Assembly (NCBI GenBank): GCA_042408445.1
Contig: JBHORC010000024.1
Coordinates: 44,092-108,091 of the forward strand
Direction: 5' to 3'
Origin: Chloroflexota bacterium
GTDB lineage: Bacteria > Chloroflexota > Limnocylindria > Limnocylindrales > CSP1-4
DNA: 64,000 bases
In this document: in pieces, positions 9,573 to 19,647 of the stretch
Layout of the letters: each line of letters begins with the position of its first letter
How positions within the stretch are numbered: position 1 is the first letter of the stretch
Made by a program: the position numbers and the translations under genes
The notes under the pieces: model-generated
The model's database searches: none
What the model was told of the DNA's origin: nothing
What the model saw: the letters and a program-made list of their open reading frames with translations, nothing else

Positions 9573-10265
9573 GTGGACGATGGACGAGCGACCGATCGCC
9601 TGTTCCTCGCCCGCGGTTCCGGCGTCCGTCGCGGCTTGGAACGCCGCAGCGCGGCATGCTCGCTCCGAGCGACGAGGGGTGTACTCACGACCACAGCAGC
9701 GCCGTCCGGAATCACTGAGCTCGACGACCAGGCCGCGGTGGACGCCGTCCTCGCCGGGAATCGGGACGCGTTTCGCGGCCTCGTGGATCGCGAGTCAGCG
9801 GCTGTCATCCGCGCCTGCCACCGCGTCCTCGGCGACATCCACGAGGCCGAGGATGCAGCCCAGGAGGCATTCGTGACTGCGTTCCGCAGTCTCGCCAGCT
9901 GGCGCGGCGACGGACCCTTCGGGGCGTGGCTCGCGCGCATCGCCGTGCGCATCGCGATCCGCCGGGCGCAGCGACGTCGCGACGTCACGTGGATCGATCC
10001 CGCCGACCCCGCGCGCGGCCGAGACATCGCCGGTGGCGCTGATCCCGCCGCCATCTCGATCCTCGCGGAACGCGCGGCGGACGTTCGTGCCGCCGTCGCG
10101 CGACTCGACGAGCCCTATCGCGAGACGGTCGCGCTGCGCTTCTTCGGCGAGTTGAGCCTCGATGAGATCGCCGTGGAGACCGGGCGGCCGCTGGGCACCG
10201 TCAAGACCCATCTCCGCCGGGGCCTGCTTCGGCTCCGGACCGGGATCGATGGAGGGACGGCGTGA
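9573..10265 (+). CDS. ECF (sigma-70 family, group 4) RNA polymerase sigma factor
   Basis: Region 2/4 motifs (DAAQEAFVTAFRSL, LDEIAVETGRPLGTVKTHLRRG). Start uncertain (GTG 9573 or TTG 9636). Confidence 0.8.
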   Translation: MDDGRATDRLFLARGSGVRRGLERRSAACSLRATRGVLTTTAAPSGITELDDQAAVDAVLAGNRDAFRGLVDRESAAVIRACHRVLGDIHEAEDAAQEAFVTAFRSLASWRGDGPFGAWLARIAVRIAIRRAQRRRDVTWIDPADPARGRDIAGGADPAAISILAERAADVRAAVARLDEPYRETVALRFFGELSLDEIAVETGRPLGTVKTHLRRGLLRLRTGIDGGTA

Positions 10266-11035
10266 ACCTCCGACCGTCCCCTGCTCCCGATGCCGCGGAG
10301 GAGGAGCGCCTCGTCCGTGAGGCGACGCTCGATCTCGAGACCCTGATCACCGGCACGTCCGTCGTGCCTTCGACGGACTTCACGGATCGGGTGATGGCGG
10401 CGATTGCCGAGGAGCCGCTGCCACAGCCGGTCCGGGCGTTCGGCCTTGCGCTCGCCGCGGGACGGCTGCGGGCCGCAGGATCCGCCGTCGGGGACGCGTG
10501 GCGGGTCGCGACGAGCGGCTTTGCGCCGGCCGGTGTCCGCGCCCAGGCCTTCGCCCTCGTGCTCGTCGTCCTGGTCGCATCGGTCGCGGTGACGGGCGGT
10601 GCCGCGGTCGGGGCTGCGAGGTTCCTCGCCGGCCCGGCGAGCCCGCCGGCGCCCACCACGCCGCTGCCGAGCGTGCTCCCCAGCCCCAGCCCCGTGCCGT
10701 CCTCCTCGCCGGATCCGAGCGCGACGGTCGACCCCTCGCCGAGTCCGTCGCCGAGCGACACCGCCGAGCCCACGAGCAGCGACGACCACGGTGGCGGCAG
10801 CGGGACGGGGCGGCCCGCGACGCCGAGGCCGACCGGGACGGATGACCACGGTGGAGGCTCGGGCTCAGGAGGCTCGGGCTCCGGCGGTGGCGACGACAGC
10901 GGGGGAGGCTCGGGTTCGGGTTCGGGCTCCGGCTCCGGCTCGGGCTCGCACGACGGCGGAACACCCGAGCCGGAAGCGCCCGACCACAGTTCGGGCGGTT
11001 CAGGCGGTTCGGGCGGCGGCGGGAGCGACGGCTGA
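10262..11035 (+). CDS. Membrane-anchored anti-sigma factor with disordered Pro/Ser/Gly/Asp/His-rich extracytoplasmic tail
   Basis: ATGA overlap with sigma gene. Single TM AFALVLVVLVASVAVTGGAAVGAA. Low-complexity C-terminal half (DDHGGGSG repeats). Confidence 0.6.
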   Translation: MNLRPSPAPDAAEEERLVREATLDLETLITGTSVVPSTDFTDRVMAAIAEEPLPQPVRAFGLALAAGRLRAAGSAVGDAWRVATSGFAPAGVRAQAFALVLVVLVASVAVTGGAAVGAARFLAGPASPPAPTTPLPSVLPSPSPVPSSSPDPSATVDPSPSPSPSDTAEPTSSDDHGGGSGTGRPATPRPTGTDDHGGGSGSGGSGSGGGDDSGGGSGSGSGSGSGSGSHDGGTPEPEAPDHSSGGSGGSGGGGSDG

Positions 11036-11106
11036 GCGGTCCCGCGGTGCTGCCGCGGCGTAGGGCGCTCCCGGCCCTCGACGACGGTGCGCGGTAGTCT
11101 CTCGCG

Positions 11107-11814
11107 GTGATCGTCGTCATCGGGAATCCGCGCGGCAGGTCCGGACCGGAGGGGATCGTGGCAGTCGGTGCTGCCGTGGCCGTCGCTCGGGCGGCGGCCC
11201 TCGCCGGCGGCGTGGTCCAGCTCGTCGGCAAGGTGGGCGACGGGCGTGACGGCGACGCGATCCTCCTGTCCGTCGCGTCGAGCGGCGTCGGTCACATCGC
11301 GATGCTCCGCGATGGATCGCCCGTGGATCTCGAGATGGCAGCGGCGCCGGCAGGCGGCGCCGGTGACGACGACGCCGGCCGCGATGATGGCGCCGCGGAC
11401 TCGATCCTCGATCGGGACGGGCCGGACAACGAGGGCAGCGGACGGGAGGCGGCCGAGGCGAGCGCTCCGGCGCTGGACGCCGGTGATCTCTCGCTCGCGC
11501 TCCGCTATCTGCCGGACTACCGCGTCGTCGTGATCGCGACACCGCTCGAGGCATCAGCCGAGACGGCCGTCGTCGAGGCCGCGCGCTGGGCAGGCGCAGC
11601 GATGATCGTCGTGTCCGCGAACGGAACGCCGCCGCCGACGGACGTGCCCGAGGATGCGACGGTCTTCGAGGCGCCGCCACACGACGAGGACGCCGCGTTC
11701 GCGGCCATGGTCGGCCGTTACGCGGCCGCCCTGGACGCCGGGCTCGCGCCGGCAGACGCGTTCCGGAATGCCTCGGCCAGCGCCGGCGCCTCGAGGAGTC
11801 CGCGCGACAGCTGA
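11107..11814 (+). CDS. PfkB (ribokinase-fold)-like protein, short and lacking the GAGD anion-hole motif (possibly non-catalytic)
   Basis: N-terminal GxxAVAxARxxALAGG..VGKVGDG resembles the PfkB glycine-rich sheet. C-terminal DAAFAAMVG at the position of DTTGAGD. Confidence 0.3.
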   Translation: MIVVIGNPRGRSGPEGIVAVGAAVAVARAAALAGGVVQLVGKVGDGRDGDAILLSVASSGVGHIAMLRDGSPVDLEMAAAPAGGAGDDDAGRDDGAADSILDRDGPDNEGSGREAAEASAPALDAGDLSLALRYLPDYRVVVIATPLEASAETAVVEAARWAGAAMIVVSANGTPPPTDVPEDATVFEAPPHDEDAAFAAMVGRYAAALDAGLAPADAFRNASASAGASRSPRDS

Positions 11815-11874
11815 GCCCGGCAAGGAGCCGCGCGCCGGTCACGGCGACGCGACATCCGGCGCGACCGGCCCGGG

Positions 11875-12612
11875 TCAGTCGAGCAGGCCGAGCGAGGGTG
11901 CTGGCGCTGCGCGAGCCCGCGGCTCGTCGCGGACGTCGGCGAGATCGATCGGCTCGATCAGCTCCGGTCCGTTGTTCCGGACGTTGTTCACGAGATCGCG
12001 GACGGGCTGGATCCTGAGCGCCACCTCATCGGACGGCTCGAACAGCCCCTGGAGCTCGCCGACGTCGGTCAGCTCCGGATCGAGCCACCGGTCCCATGCA
12101 TCGTCGGGCACGACGACCGGCATCCGGTCGTGGAGGCCGGCCATCTGCTGGTTCGGGCCCGTCGTGACGATCGTGAACGTCCGAACGACGGCGTCCTGGA
12201 TCGGGTCGCGCCAGCCCGACCACAACCCGGCGAGCACCAGCGGCCGCCCATCGGCCCGGCCGATCGTGAACGGCTGCCGCCTGGCGCCGATCCGCTGCCA
12301 CTCGTAGAAGGCGTCCACGGGCACGAGGCAGCGCTTTCGGCGAAGCGGATCCGCGAAGGCGGGCGACGTGGCGACCGTCTCGCTTCGGGCGTTGAACATC
12401 CGGGACGCGACCTTCGCGGAATGGACCCAGTGCGGAATCAGACCCCAGCGGTAGGCCACGATTGCGCGCCGCTCCTCGCGTTGGACCACCACGAGCGCCT
12501 CGTCGGTGGGAGCGACGTTCCAGCTCGGTCCGGGCTCGTCGGCCAACGGCTCGGCCGCGAAGATCTCGGCGAGCTCGGAGGCGGGTCGTTGCTGGCTGAA
12601 CCGGCCGCACAT
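11875..12612 (-). CDS. SOS-response associated peptidase (SRAP/YedK/HMCES family, abasic-site processing protein)
   Basis: Start MCGRF with catalytic Cys2. WGLIPHW and FYEW motifs. Start refined to internal ATG of ORF 11875..12786. Confidence 0.8.
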   Translation of the reverse strand: MCGRFSQQRPASELAEIFAAEPLADEPGPSWNVAPTDEALVVVQREERRAIVAYRWGLIPHWVHSAKVASRMFNARSETVATSPAFADPLRRKRCLVPVDAFYEWQRIGARRQPFTIGRADGRPLVLAGLWSGWRDPIQDAVVRTFTIVTTGPNQQMAGLHDRMPVVVPDDAWDRWLDPELTDVGELQGLFEPSDEVALRIQPVRDLVNNVRNNGPELIEPIDLADVRDEPRARAAPAPSLGLLD

Positions 12613-12751
12613 CGTCGGCAAGTCTAGGACGGGCGCGGGCGGACCGACCGCGGCGGCGCCCGAACGACCGTCGGGACGAGCCCTGAAGGGCCAGCCAACC
12701 CCCGGACCAACGGCCCTCCCGGACGGATGGCCGTCCTGTATCGTCGCGGCG

Positions 12752-13966
12752 ATGGATCGACCCGAGGGTGGCCCGGCGGCGGTCAACCGTCACGCGACCG
12801 GACCGCTGTCCCGGGAGTCGGCTGCGGCGCTCCTCCAGCAGGGGGCCGCGCTCCTCGAGGCGGGAGACTTTCCGGAGGCGCTTGCGACGTACCAGCGCGT
12901 CGTTGGCTTCGACGACGTCGAGGTCACCGCCGCCGGACTGCTCGGCGTCGCCCAGGCGCGCTACCGGATGGACGACGAGGATTCAGCGCTCCGGACGTGG
13001 GAGGCGATCCTCGACCTGCCGGAGACGGCGGCGACGTACCACGCCTGGCGAAACGTTGCGGCGGCGCGGGTCCGGGACGGCGACCTCTCGGGTGCGATCG
13101 CGGCCTACCGCGAGGCGGATCGGCGCGCGCCGGCCGAGGACAAGCGCGAGATCGCCAACCGCCTCGGATGGCTCGCGAAGGAGACGGGAAACGTCCGGGC
13201 GTCGCGGCGCTACTTCGCCCGCGGTCGCGGCACGTACCTCCCGATCGCGACCTACCTGATCCTCGGGATCACGATCGCGGTCTCGCTCGCGGCCGTGTTC
13301 GCGTCGGATGCCGGCGGCCTCTACAGCCTCCTCGAGCTCAACAAGCCGGCGGTCGCCCGCGGCGAGGTCTGGCGGCTCGTCACGGTCACCCTGCTGCACG
13401 GCGACCCGGATCCGGACTTCTTTCCGTTCACCCTGCTCCATCTCGGGCTGAACATGTACGCGCTGTATCTGGTCGGCCCGATCGTGGAACGGCTGTACGG
13501 TTCCTCGCGCCTCGTCGCCTTCTATCTGATCGCCGCGATCGGGGGGTCGCTCGCCACGTTCGCATTCGGGAGCGCACCGCTGGGAACCGGCGCCTCGGGG
13601 GCGATCTTCGGCCTGTTCGGGACGGTGTTCGCCGCGACTCGCCTCCATCTGCCGATGCTCGATGCCCGGAGCCGGCGGATGGCCAGCCAGGTCGGGTCGC
13701 TGATCGTCCTGAACATCATCATCGGGTTCTCGCAGGGCTTCGTCGACAACGTCGCCCACATCGGCGGCCTCGTCACCGGAGCCGCGCTCGCGGTCGCGTT
13801 CCTGCCGGGCAAGGTCCCGACGCTGCGGTCGATGTGGCAGCCCGGAGCCGACGGAACCGTGGCCGGCGGGGGGTTCCTCACGAGCCCGATCGGTCGCCTC
13901 GTGACCCTGCTCGTCCTCGTCGGCCTGATGGCGATCCTGTTCGTGATCGGCTCCGGGAAGTGGTAG
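12752..13966 (+). CDS. Rhomboid-family intramembrane serine protease with N-terminal TPR-like domain
   Basis: GASGAIFGL (GxSG) and AHIGGLVTG (catalytic His) in a 6-TM core. N-terminal soluble helical repeats. Start refined to ATG 12752. Confidence 0.8.
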   Translation: MDRPEGGPAAVNRHATGPLSRESAAALLQQGAALLEAGDFPEALATYQRVVGFDDVEVTAAGLLGVAQARYRMDDEDSALRTWEAILDLPETAATYHAWRNVAAARVRDGDLSGAIAAYREADRRAPAEDKREIANRLGWLAKETGNVRASRRYFARGRGTYLPIATYLILGITIAVSLAAVFASDAGGLYSLLELNKPAVARGEVWRLVTVTLLHGDPDPDFFPFTLLHLGLNMYALYLVGPIVERLYGSSRLVAFYLIAAIGGSLATFAFGSAPLGTGASGAIFGLFGTVFAATRLHLPMLDARSRRMASQVGSLIVLNIIIGFSQGFVDNVAHIGGLVTGAALAVAFLPGKVPTLRSMWQPGADGTVAGGGFLTSPIGRLVTLLVLVGLMAILFVIGSGKW

Positions 13967-13973
13967 CCGCGCC

Positions 13974-14531
13974 TCATTCGCTCGGCCAGCGCTCCTCGAA
14001 GACGACCTGATCCCGCGGCAGCCGGGCAGCACCCGGAGCCGACTTCGGGGCGCGAGCGGCCTCAGTCGGGTGTCCGAGCTGGACGATCGTCCGGACCATC
14101 CAGTCGTCGGGGATCCCGAGGAGCTGGGAGACCGCGGCCCGGACGTCAGTGCGGATCCAGCTGATCCCGGCACCGATCGCCAGCATCGACGCGGCGACGA
14201 GCAGGCGCTCGGCCGCACGGCCTTCGTCGTAGGCATGCGAGATGGCCGCGGCCGGATCCGACGGCAGGGCGATCGCGATCGCCGCGGTCGCCGTGGCGAG
14301 GCCGCGCGTCTGGGGCAGGCCGGCGTGGCGGATCGCGTCGAGCGTGGACCGCTCGGTCAGCACGAGGAAGCGCCACGGTTGGCGGTTTTCGCTGCTCCCC
14401 GTCCAGCGCGCCACGTCGACGAGCGCATCGATCGTCGCCCGGTCGAGCGGCGTCTGATCGAACTCGCGAACCTGGCGCGTCCGACGGAGCGGCCGCAGGA
14501 TCTCGTCCGGGGTCGGTGGGGTGGCGGTCAT
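13974..14531 (-). CDS. Nitroreductase-family protein
   Basis: approx. 185 aa nitroreductase-like fold motifs (RRTRQVREF..., SSENRQPWRFLVL). Confidence 0.7.
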   Translation of the reverse strand: MTATPPTPDEILRPLRRTRQVREFDQTPLDRATIDALVDVARWTGSSENRQPWRFLVLTERSTLDAIRHAGLPQTRGLATATAAIAIALPSDPAAAISHAYDEGRAAERLLVAASMLAIGAGISWIRTDVRAAVSQLLGIPDDWMVRTIVQLGHPTEAARAPKSAPGAARLPRDQVVFEERWPSE

Positions 14532-14662
14532 TCGGGTCCCGGTCCTCCTTCGGAATGAGCCCCATCATCCATCGAACGGGCGAGGGCCGCCGACGACGGC
14601 CGCGCGGCTCGGTTCGCGGCGCGGCCCGTGCGCTAGCATCTGCGCTTCCCACCGGAGGCTCC

Positions 14663-15556
14663 ATGTTCTCGACCCTGCTCGGTCCGTTGCCGCCCGTCAG
14701 CCACGGCGATCGCGAGCCGGAGCACGAGATCCGCGACAACGTCGCCGACCTCGAGGCGACGGGGCTCGAGCTCCTCTCCAGCGGTCGCCCGGCAGCGCGA
14801 CCGGACGCCGACCCGGCAACGGTCGTTGCCGAGTGGCAAACCGCGACCGAGGGGACGGTTCATCCCGTCAAGCAGGCGATCCTCGGTCCCTTCTCCGCGA
14901 CCCGGAACGGCTCGGCCGCCGACACGCGACGGACCGCCGGCGATCTCCGCCGGCTGATCGACGCGCTCGCCGACGCGGGTTGCGGCTTCGTCGAGATCGA
15001 GGAGCCGGACGCGCTCGAGATCGCCTTCGTCGCGAGCGAGCGACGCCGGTTCCACGACGCCCACCGCGCGCTCACCGACGAGCTGCCCGCGATCCATTGC
15101 TCCCTCGCGATGACCGGCGGGAACCTGGACGCAGCGGGCGGTGACACGTTCTTCGATCTCCCGTACGCCAGCTACGCCTTCGACTTGATCGCCGGTCCGG
15201 ACAACTGGCGGCTGATCGCGACGGCGCCGGCGGAACGCGGGATCGTGTGCGGCGCGCTCGACCCGGCGCCGCGTGGCGATGAGACGCGGGAGCTCCTCGT
15301 GTGGGCGGCCCACTACGCTGCGTCGACCGCCGGCCGCGGCCCGGATCGCATCGGGCTCGCCAATGCCCCGTCGCTCGCCGGCCTGCCACGTGACGTGGCG
15401 CTCCGGAAGTTGACTCGCGTCGCCGAGGCCGCGCGCATTGCGGCGGTCGAGTCGCCGACGGAGATGGCGTCCCTCCTGGACGCGCGGGCGTTCGGTGGCC
15501 GTCGCGATCGACCGGGCGCCGTTCGCCTGAGCGGCCCGGACGACAGCGACGCGTAA
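14663..15556 (+). CDS. Cobalamin-independent methionine synthase (MetE C-terminal domain)-like protein
   Basis: GCGFVEIEEP and IHCSLAM resemble the MetE Meth_synt_2 motifs. SD CCGGAGG before ATG 14663 (start refined from ORF 14516). Confidence 0.35.
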   Translation: MFSTLLGPLPPVSHGDREPEHEIRDNVADLEATGLELLSSGRPAARPDADPATVVAEWQTATEGTVHPVKQAILGPFSATRNGSAADTRRTAGDLRRLIDALADAGCGFVEIEEPDALEIAFVASERRRFHDAHRALTDELPAIHCSLAMTGGNLDAAGGDTFFDLPYASYAFDLIAGPDNWRLIATAPAERGIVCGALDPAPRGDETRELLVWAAHYAASTAGRGPDRIGLANAPSLAGLPRDVALRKLTRVAEAARIAAVESPTEMASLLDARAFGGRRDRPGAVRLSGPDDSDA

Positions 15557-15581
15557 ACGAGGGGCCTCAGCGACGACGGCT

Positions 15582-15615
15582 GGCGCGAACGGTCGAACGC
15601 TCGCTCGTTCGCGCC
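15582..15615. terminator. GC-rich hairpin between convergent genes (candidate bidirectional terminator)
   Basis: GGCGCGAACG - 14-nt loop - CGTTCGCGCC, perfect 10-bp stem. Between the 14663..15556(+) and 15633..16919(-) genes. No U-tract. Confidence 0.45.
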
Positions 15616-15632
15616 CTGCCGCTCGGCTCCGC

Positions 15633-16919
15633 CTAGGGCGCCAACCGCTGGAAGCTGCCGGCGGCGTAGATATCGCCCGGTGCGGCAACAGACCGTTGTG
15701 GGTGCGAATCGTCGACCGAGATCACGGCGACGTGCAGCCCGTCTCCGCTGTATGCGAGGAGATCCTTGTCGTCCGGCGACCACATCATCGGGGTGCCGGT
15801 GATGTCGGTCGCGAACAGCTTTCGGCGTCCGGAGCCGTCGGCGTTCATCACCCAGGCGTTGACCTGCGGATGGTCCGGGGACTTGCCGGAGTCGATCTCG
15901 CTGTACGCGATCCGCGTTCCGTCGTTGGACCAGACCGGGAAGAACTCATCGTCGTCAGTCCGCGTCAGCTTGGTCGGCTCGCTCGTGTCGAGGCCGAAGA
16001 CCACGATGTCGTGATTGGAGGCGCCGTCGCTCGTGAACGTCGCGATGTGCCTGCCGTCCGGCGACCAGACGGGCGAGTCCAGATCGCCGTACGGAGCTCC
16101 GACGAGACGCGCGGGACCACCGGCAGCCGGGACGACGAAGACGGCGCGGTGCACCGCGTCGAGCGCGCTCGAGAAGGCGATCAGGTCGCCCGTCGGCGCC
16201 CACTGCGGGTGCGTCGCGTCGATCGCGGGATCCGTGATCGGGCTGGTGGTCCCGCGGTCGAGGTCGGCAACGCCGAGGTGCGACCCTTCGGACGCCTTCT
16301 CGACGTAGACGAGGCGCCGACCGTCCGGCGCCCACGACATCGTCGGGTCGTTGAGATCCGGCGCGGTGGCGATCGTCGTGAGGTGGGAACCGTCCGCGGC
16401 GATCACCTGGACGGCGTACGGGCCGTGGCAATCGGCGGGCGTCGGGACGTTCGAGAAGTGGCAGTCGTTCGCCGACCAGAACGCGATCCGAGTGCCGTCG
16501 AGCGAGAACGTTGGGGCGATGTCGGCGCGTGACCCGGTCGTCAGCGCACGTTCGCCGGTGCCGTCCGGGTTGGCCACATAGATGTCGCCACCCGCGTCGA
16601 ACGTCACGAGGCCGGTCCTGGCCGGGCCGAACGGAGCCGGCAGTCGCTGCCGACCCAGGTAGCTGGAAGCGAGCAGGCCGATGGCCAGGACGAGGAGAAG
16701 CACGACCAGGCCCCACGCGACGCGGGGCACCGCGAGAAGGGGTCGCCTGACGATGGAGAGTTGCACAGGAAGCCACCTTTCGAGGGAGGCCCAGGCGTGC
16801 CGCTGCCGCGTTCGTCTCGTGCGATCGAGGAGCTCGTCGAAGTAGTCCGGCGTGCTCGGCTCGCCGACTTCCTCGAGCCAATCGGTGAGGCGGCGATCGA
16901 AGTCGAACGGCGCCGTCAT
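15633..16919 (-). CDS. Anti-sigma factor with TolB-like (PD40/beta-propeller) extracytoplasmic domain
   Basis: ATGA overlap with ECF sigma. Cytoplasmic N-terminal domain, one TM (VAWGLVVLLLVLAIGLLA). Repeated WSPDG/WAPDG PD40-like motifs. Confidence 0.65.
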   Translation of the reverse strand: MTAPFDFDRRLTDWLEEVGEPSTPDYFDELLDRTRRTRQRHAWASLERWLPVQLSIVRRPLLAVPRVAWGLVVLLLVLAIGLLASSYLGRQRLPAPFGPARTGLVTFDAGGDIYVANPDGTGERALTTGSRADIAPTFSLDGTRIAFWSANDCHFSNVPTPADCHGPYAVQVIAADGSHLTTIATAPDLNDPTMSWAPDGRRLVYVEKASEGSHLGVADLDRGTTSPITDPAIDATHPQWAPTGDLIAFSSALDAVHRAVFVVPAAGGPARLVGAPYGDLDSPVWSPDGRHIATFTSDGASNHDIVVFGLDTSEPTKLTRTDDDEFFPVWSNDGTRIAYSEIDSGKSPDHPQVNAWVMNADGSGRRKLFATDITGTPMMWSPDDKDLLAYSGDGLHVAVISVDDSHPQRSVAAPGDIYAAGSFQRLAP

Positions 16920-17485
16920 GCTCGTCGACCCTCTGGCGCGACCGACAGCCGGGAATCGGCGTCGACCGCTCCGCGAAGCGCCCGGATCGCCCGGTGCAGC
17001 CGTGACTTGGCCGTCCCGAGCGGGACGCCCAGGAGGTCAGCTGCGTCGGACAGCGGATAGCCCAGGTAGTAGTGGAGGACGACGATCGCCCGCTGCTCGG
17101 GCTCGAGGCGGCGGAATCCGCGCTCGATCTCGTCGCGGTCGGCGAGCGAGCCAGCGGCGTCGATCGTCGTGGGGTGGTCGCTGGGAACGAGCTCGACCTC
17201 GACCGGCCGACGTCGGCCACGACGCGCCTCATTCAGGCAGGCATGCACGACGAGACGTCGCAGCCACGCGTCGAACCGATCGGGATCGCGCAGGGTGGGC
17301 AGGTCCCGCCAGGCACGGACGAAGGCCTCCTGGACGGCGTCCTTCGCCCGCTCGGGATCGTGCAGGATCAGTCGGGCAGCCGCGTCCAGTCGACCGATGG
17401 TGGCGCCTGCCAGGATCGCGAAGGCGTCATGATCGCCCTGCTGCGCCCGCTCCACCAGATCGCGCTGCACGTTGCTCCTCGGCAT
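16916..17485 (-). CDS. ECF sigma factor (SigE/RpoE-like)
   Basis: Regions 2 and 4 (QEAFVRAWRDLPTLRD, LSDAADLLGVPLGTAKSRLHRA). Confidence 0.85.
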   Translation of the reverse strand: MPRSNVQRDLVERAQQGDHDAFAILAGATIGRLDAAARLILHDPERAKDAVQEAFVRAWRDLPTLRDPDRFDAWLRRLVVHACLNEARRGRRRPVEVELVPSDHPTTIDAAGSLADRDEIERGFRRLEPEQRAIVVLHYYLGYPLSDAADLLGVPLGTAKSRLHRAIRALRGAVDADSRLSVAPEGRRA

Positions 17486-17510
17486 ACGGCTCGCGTGGCC
17501 ACCGTGACCG

Positions 17511-17545
17511 CGCTCGAACGGTATGGCACCGGTCGCGTTCGAGCG
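17511..17545. promoter_or_regulatory. Hairpin / inverted repeat in the 5' region of the ECF sigma gene, abutting a GGAAC -35-like element
   Basis: CGCTCGAACG - 15 nt - CGTTCGAGCG. Shares the CGAACG/CGTTCG core with the 15582 hairpin at the other end of the operon. Confidence 0.35.
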
Positions 17546-17644
17546 GTTCCCAAATCGATCGCGGCCTCACGAGCGCCGCAGTCCGTTTGACGGATCCGGC
17601 GGGCGGATCGGACAGGTCGCCGGGATCCGACCGCGGTCGAGCGG

Positions 17645-18958
17645 GTGGCGAAGGTACGCTACCGGCTCTGCTGCGTTCTTCATGAGGTCCGCCCCACTGT
17701 GAACACCAGGTTCTGGCACGGGTTCGCCGACATGCATGTCGTCGCCGACGCCGAGGTCGTCATGCGATCCGGCGAGGGTGTCTGGCTGGAGGACATCAAC
17801 GGCCGGCGCTACATCGATGCCACCGCGGCCCTCTGGTACTGCAACGTCGGCTACGGTCGGCGCGAGATCGCCACGGCCGTCGCGGACCAGCTCGTTCGGC
17901 TGCCCGCCTACAACCCGTTCGGCGCCTACACCTCCGAGCCGACGATCGCCCTCGCCGAGCGGCTCGCGGACCTCGCCCCGTTCCCGAACGCGGTGGTCTT
18001 CCTCGGCTCGGGCGGCTCGGATGCCGTCGACACCGCCGCGAAGCTCGTCCGCCGCTACTGGGACGTGATGGGCCGGCCGGAGAAGCGGATCGTCGTGTCG
18101 CGCGAGTTCGGCTATCACGGGATGCACGGCTGGGGAACGTCGCTCGTCGGGATCGGGACGATGAAGACGGGCTACGGCGGCAGCTTCATCGACGAGGTGA
18201 TCAACGTCGGGACGATGGACGTCGAGACGCTCGGCGCCCTGTTCGACGAGCGATCCGACGAGATCGCCGCGTTCATCGGCGAGCCGGTCGTCGGGGCGGG
18301 TGGCGTCATCCCGCCGGAGCCGCATTACTGGCCGGAGGTCTCGCGCCTCTGCCGGGAGCACGACATCCTGCTGATCGCCGACGAGGTGATCACGGGCTTC
18401 GGCCGGACGGGCCACCGCTGGGCGACGGACCGCTACGCCATCGAGCCGGATCTGATCACGTTCGCGAAGGGCGTCACGTCCGGGTACGTGCCGCTCGGCG
18501 GCGTGCTGGTGGGGGAGCGGGTCCGGGCGCCGTTCTGGGACGAGGACGTGGCGGGTGCCGTCTTCCGCCACGGCTACACCTACTCGGGCCACGCCGGTGC
18601 CGCCGCAGCGGCGATGGCGAACCTCGACATCATCGAGAAGGAAGGGCTCGTCGGCCGGGTCGCCGAGCTGGAGCCGATCCTGGACGCGGCCGTCCGCCGG
18701 CTCGAGTCATCGCCGGCGGTCGGCGAGGTCCGGACCGTCGGCCTGACCGCGGCCGTCGCCTTCGAGCCGGAGCTGCTCGCCTCGGATCCGGGCGTGCCGG
18801 AGCGCGCCGTCGCCGCGGCGCTGGAGCACGGGGTCGCGACGCGGGTGCTCCGCGGCCATGCCCTCCAGATCTCGCCGCCGTTCGTGATCTCCGAGTCGGA
18901 GATCGACGTGATGGTGGACGGCCTCGCGGCGGCGATCGAGGACGTCGCCGGGCATTGA
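17645..18958 (+). CDS. Class III pyridoxal-phosphate-dependent aminotransferase (omega-transaminase family)
   Basis: [27 protein letters not shown] and the FAKG(V)TSGY Lys motif. Start probably approx. 17732. Confidence 0.8.
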   Translation: MAKVRYRLCCVLHEVRPTVNTRFWHGFADMHVVADAEVVMRSGEGVWLEDINGRRYIDATAALWYCNVGYGRREIATAVADQLVRLPAYNPFGAYTSEPTIALAERLADLAPFPNAVVFLGSGGSDAVDTAAKLVRRYWDVMGRPEKRIVVSREFGYHGMHGWGTSLVGIGTMKTGYGGSFIDEVINVGTMDVETLGALFDERSDEIAAFIGEPVVGAGGVIPPEPHYWPEVSRLCREHDILLIADEVITGFGRTGHRWATDRYAIEPDLITFAKGVTSGYVPLGGVLVGERVRAPFWDEDVAGAVFRHGYTYSGHAGAAAAAMANLDIIEKEGLVGRVAELEPILDAAVRRLESSPAVGEVRTVGLTAAVAFEPELLASDPGVPERAVAAALEHGVATRVLRGHALQISPPFVISESEIDVMVDGLAAAIEDVAGH

Positions 18959-18977
18959 CCGCGTTGCGAAACGCGGT
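18958..18977 (+). terminator. Stem-loop immediately after the aminotransferase stop (ACCGCGTT-GCGA-AACGCGGT)
   Basis: Perfect 8-bp stem with GCGA tetraloop starting at the stop codon. No U-tract (I-shaped, as often in high-GC genomes). Confidence 0.35.
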
Positions 18978-19090
18978 TGCAGCGGCGCCCCGAACGGCGC
19001 AGCATTCCGTCATTCTCGGACGCGCCGCCGCTGGTCGAGGCACCCCGTCGGCCTGACCGCCGATTCTGGTTCTGGAAGGAGGCTCGAGAC

Positions 19091-19624
<534 letters not shown>

Positions 19625-19647
19625 GCCGAGAGCCAGAGGAGCTAGCG

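Noticed and set aside
14532-14662. Possible SAM riboswitch in the leader of the MetE-like gene
   Set aside because: Some GC stems are present, but I could not match any SAM-I/II/IV consensus by eye. A covariance-model search would be needed.
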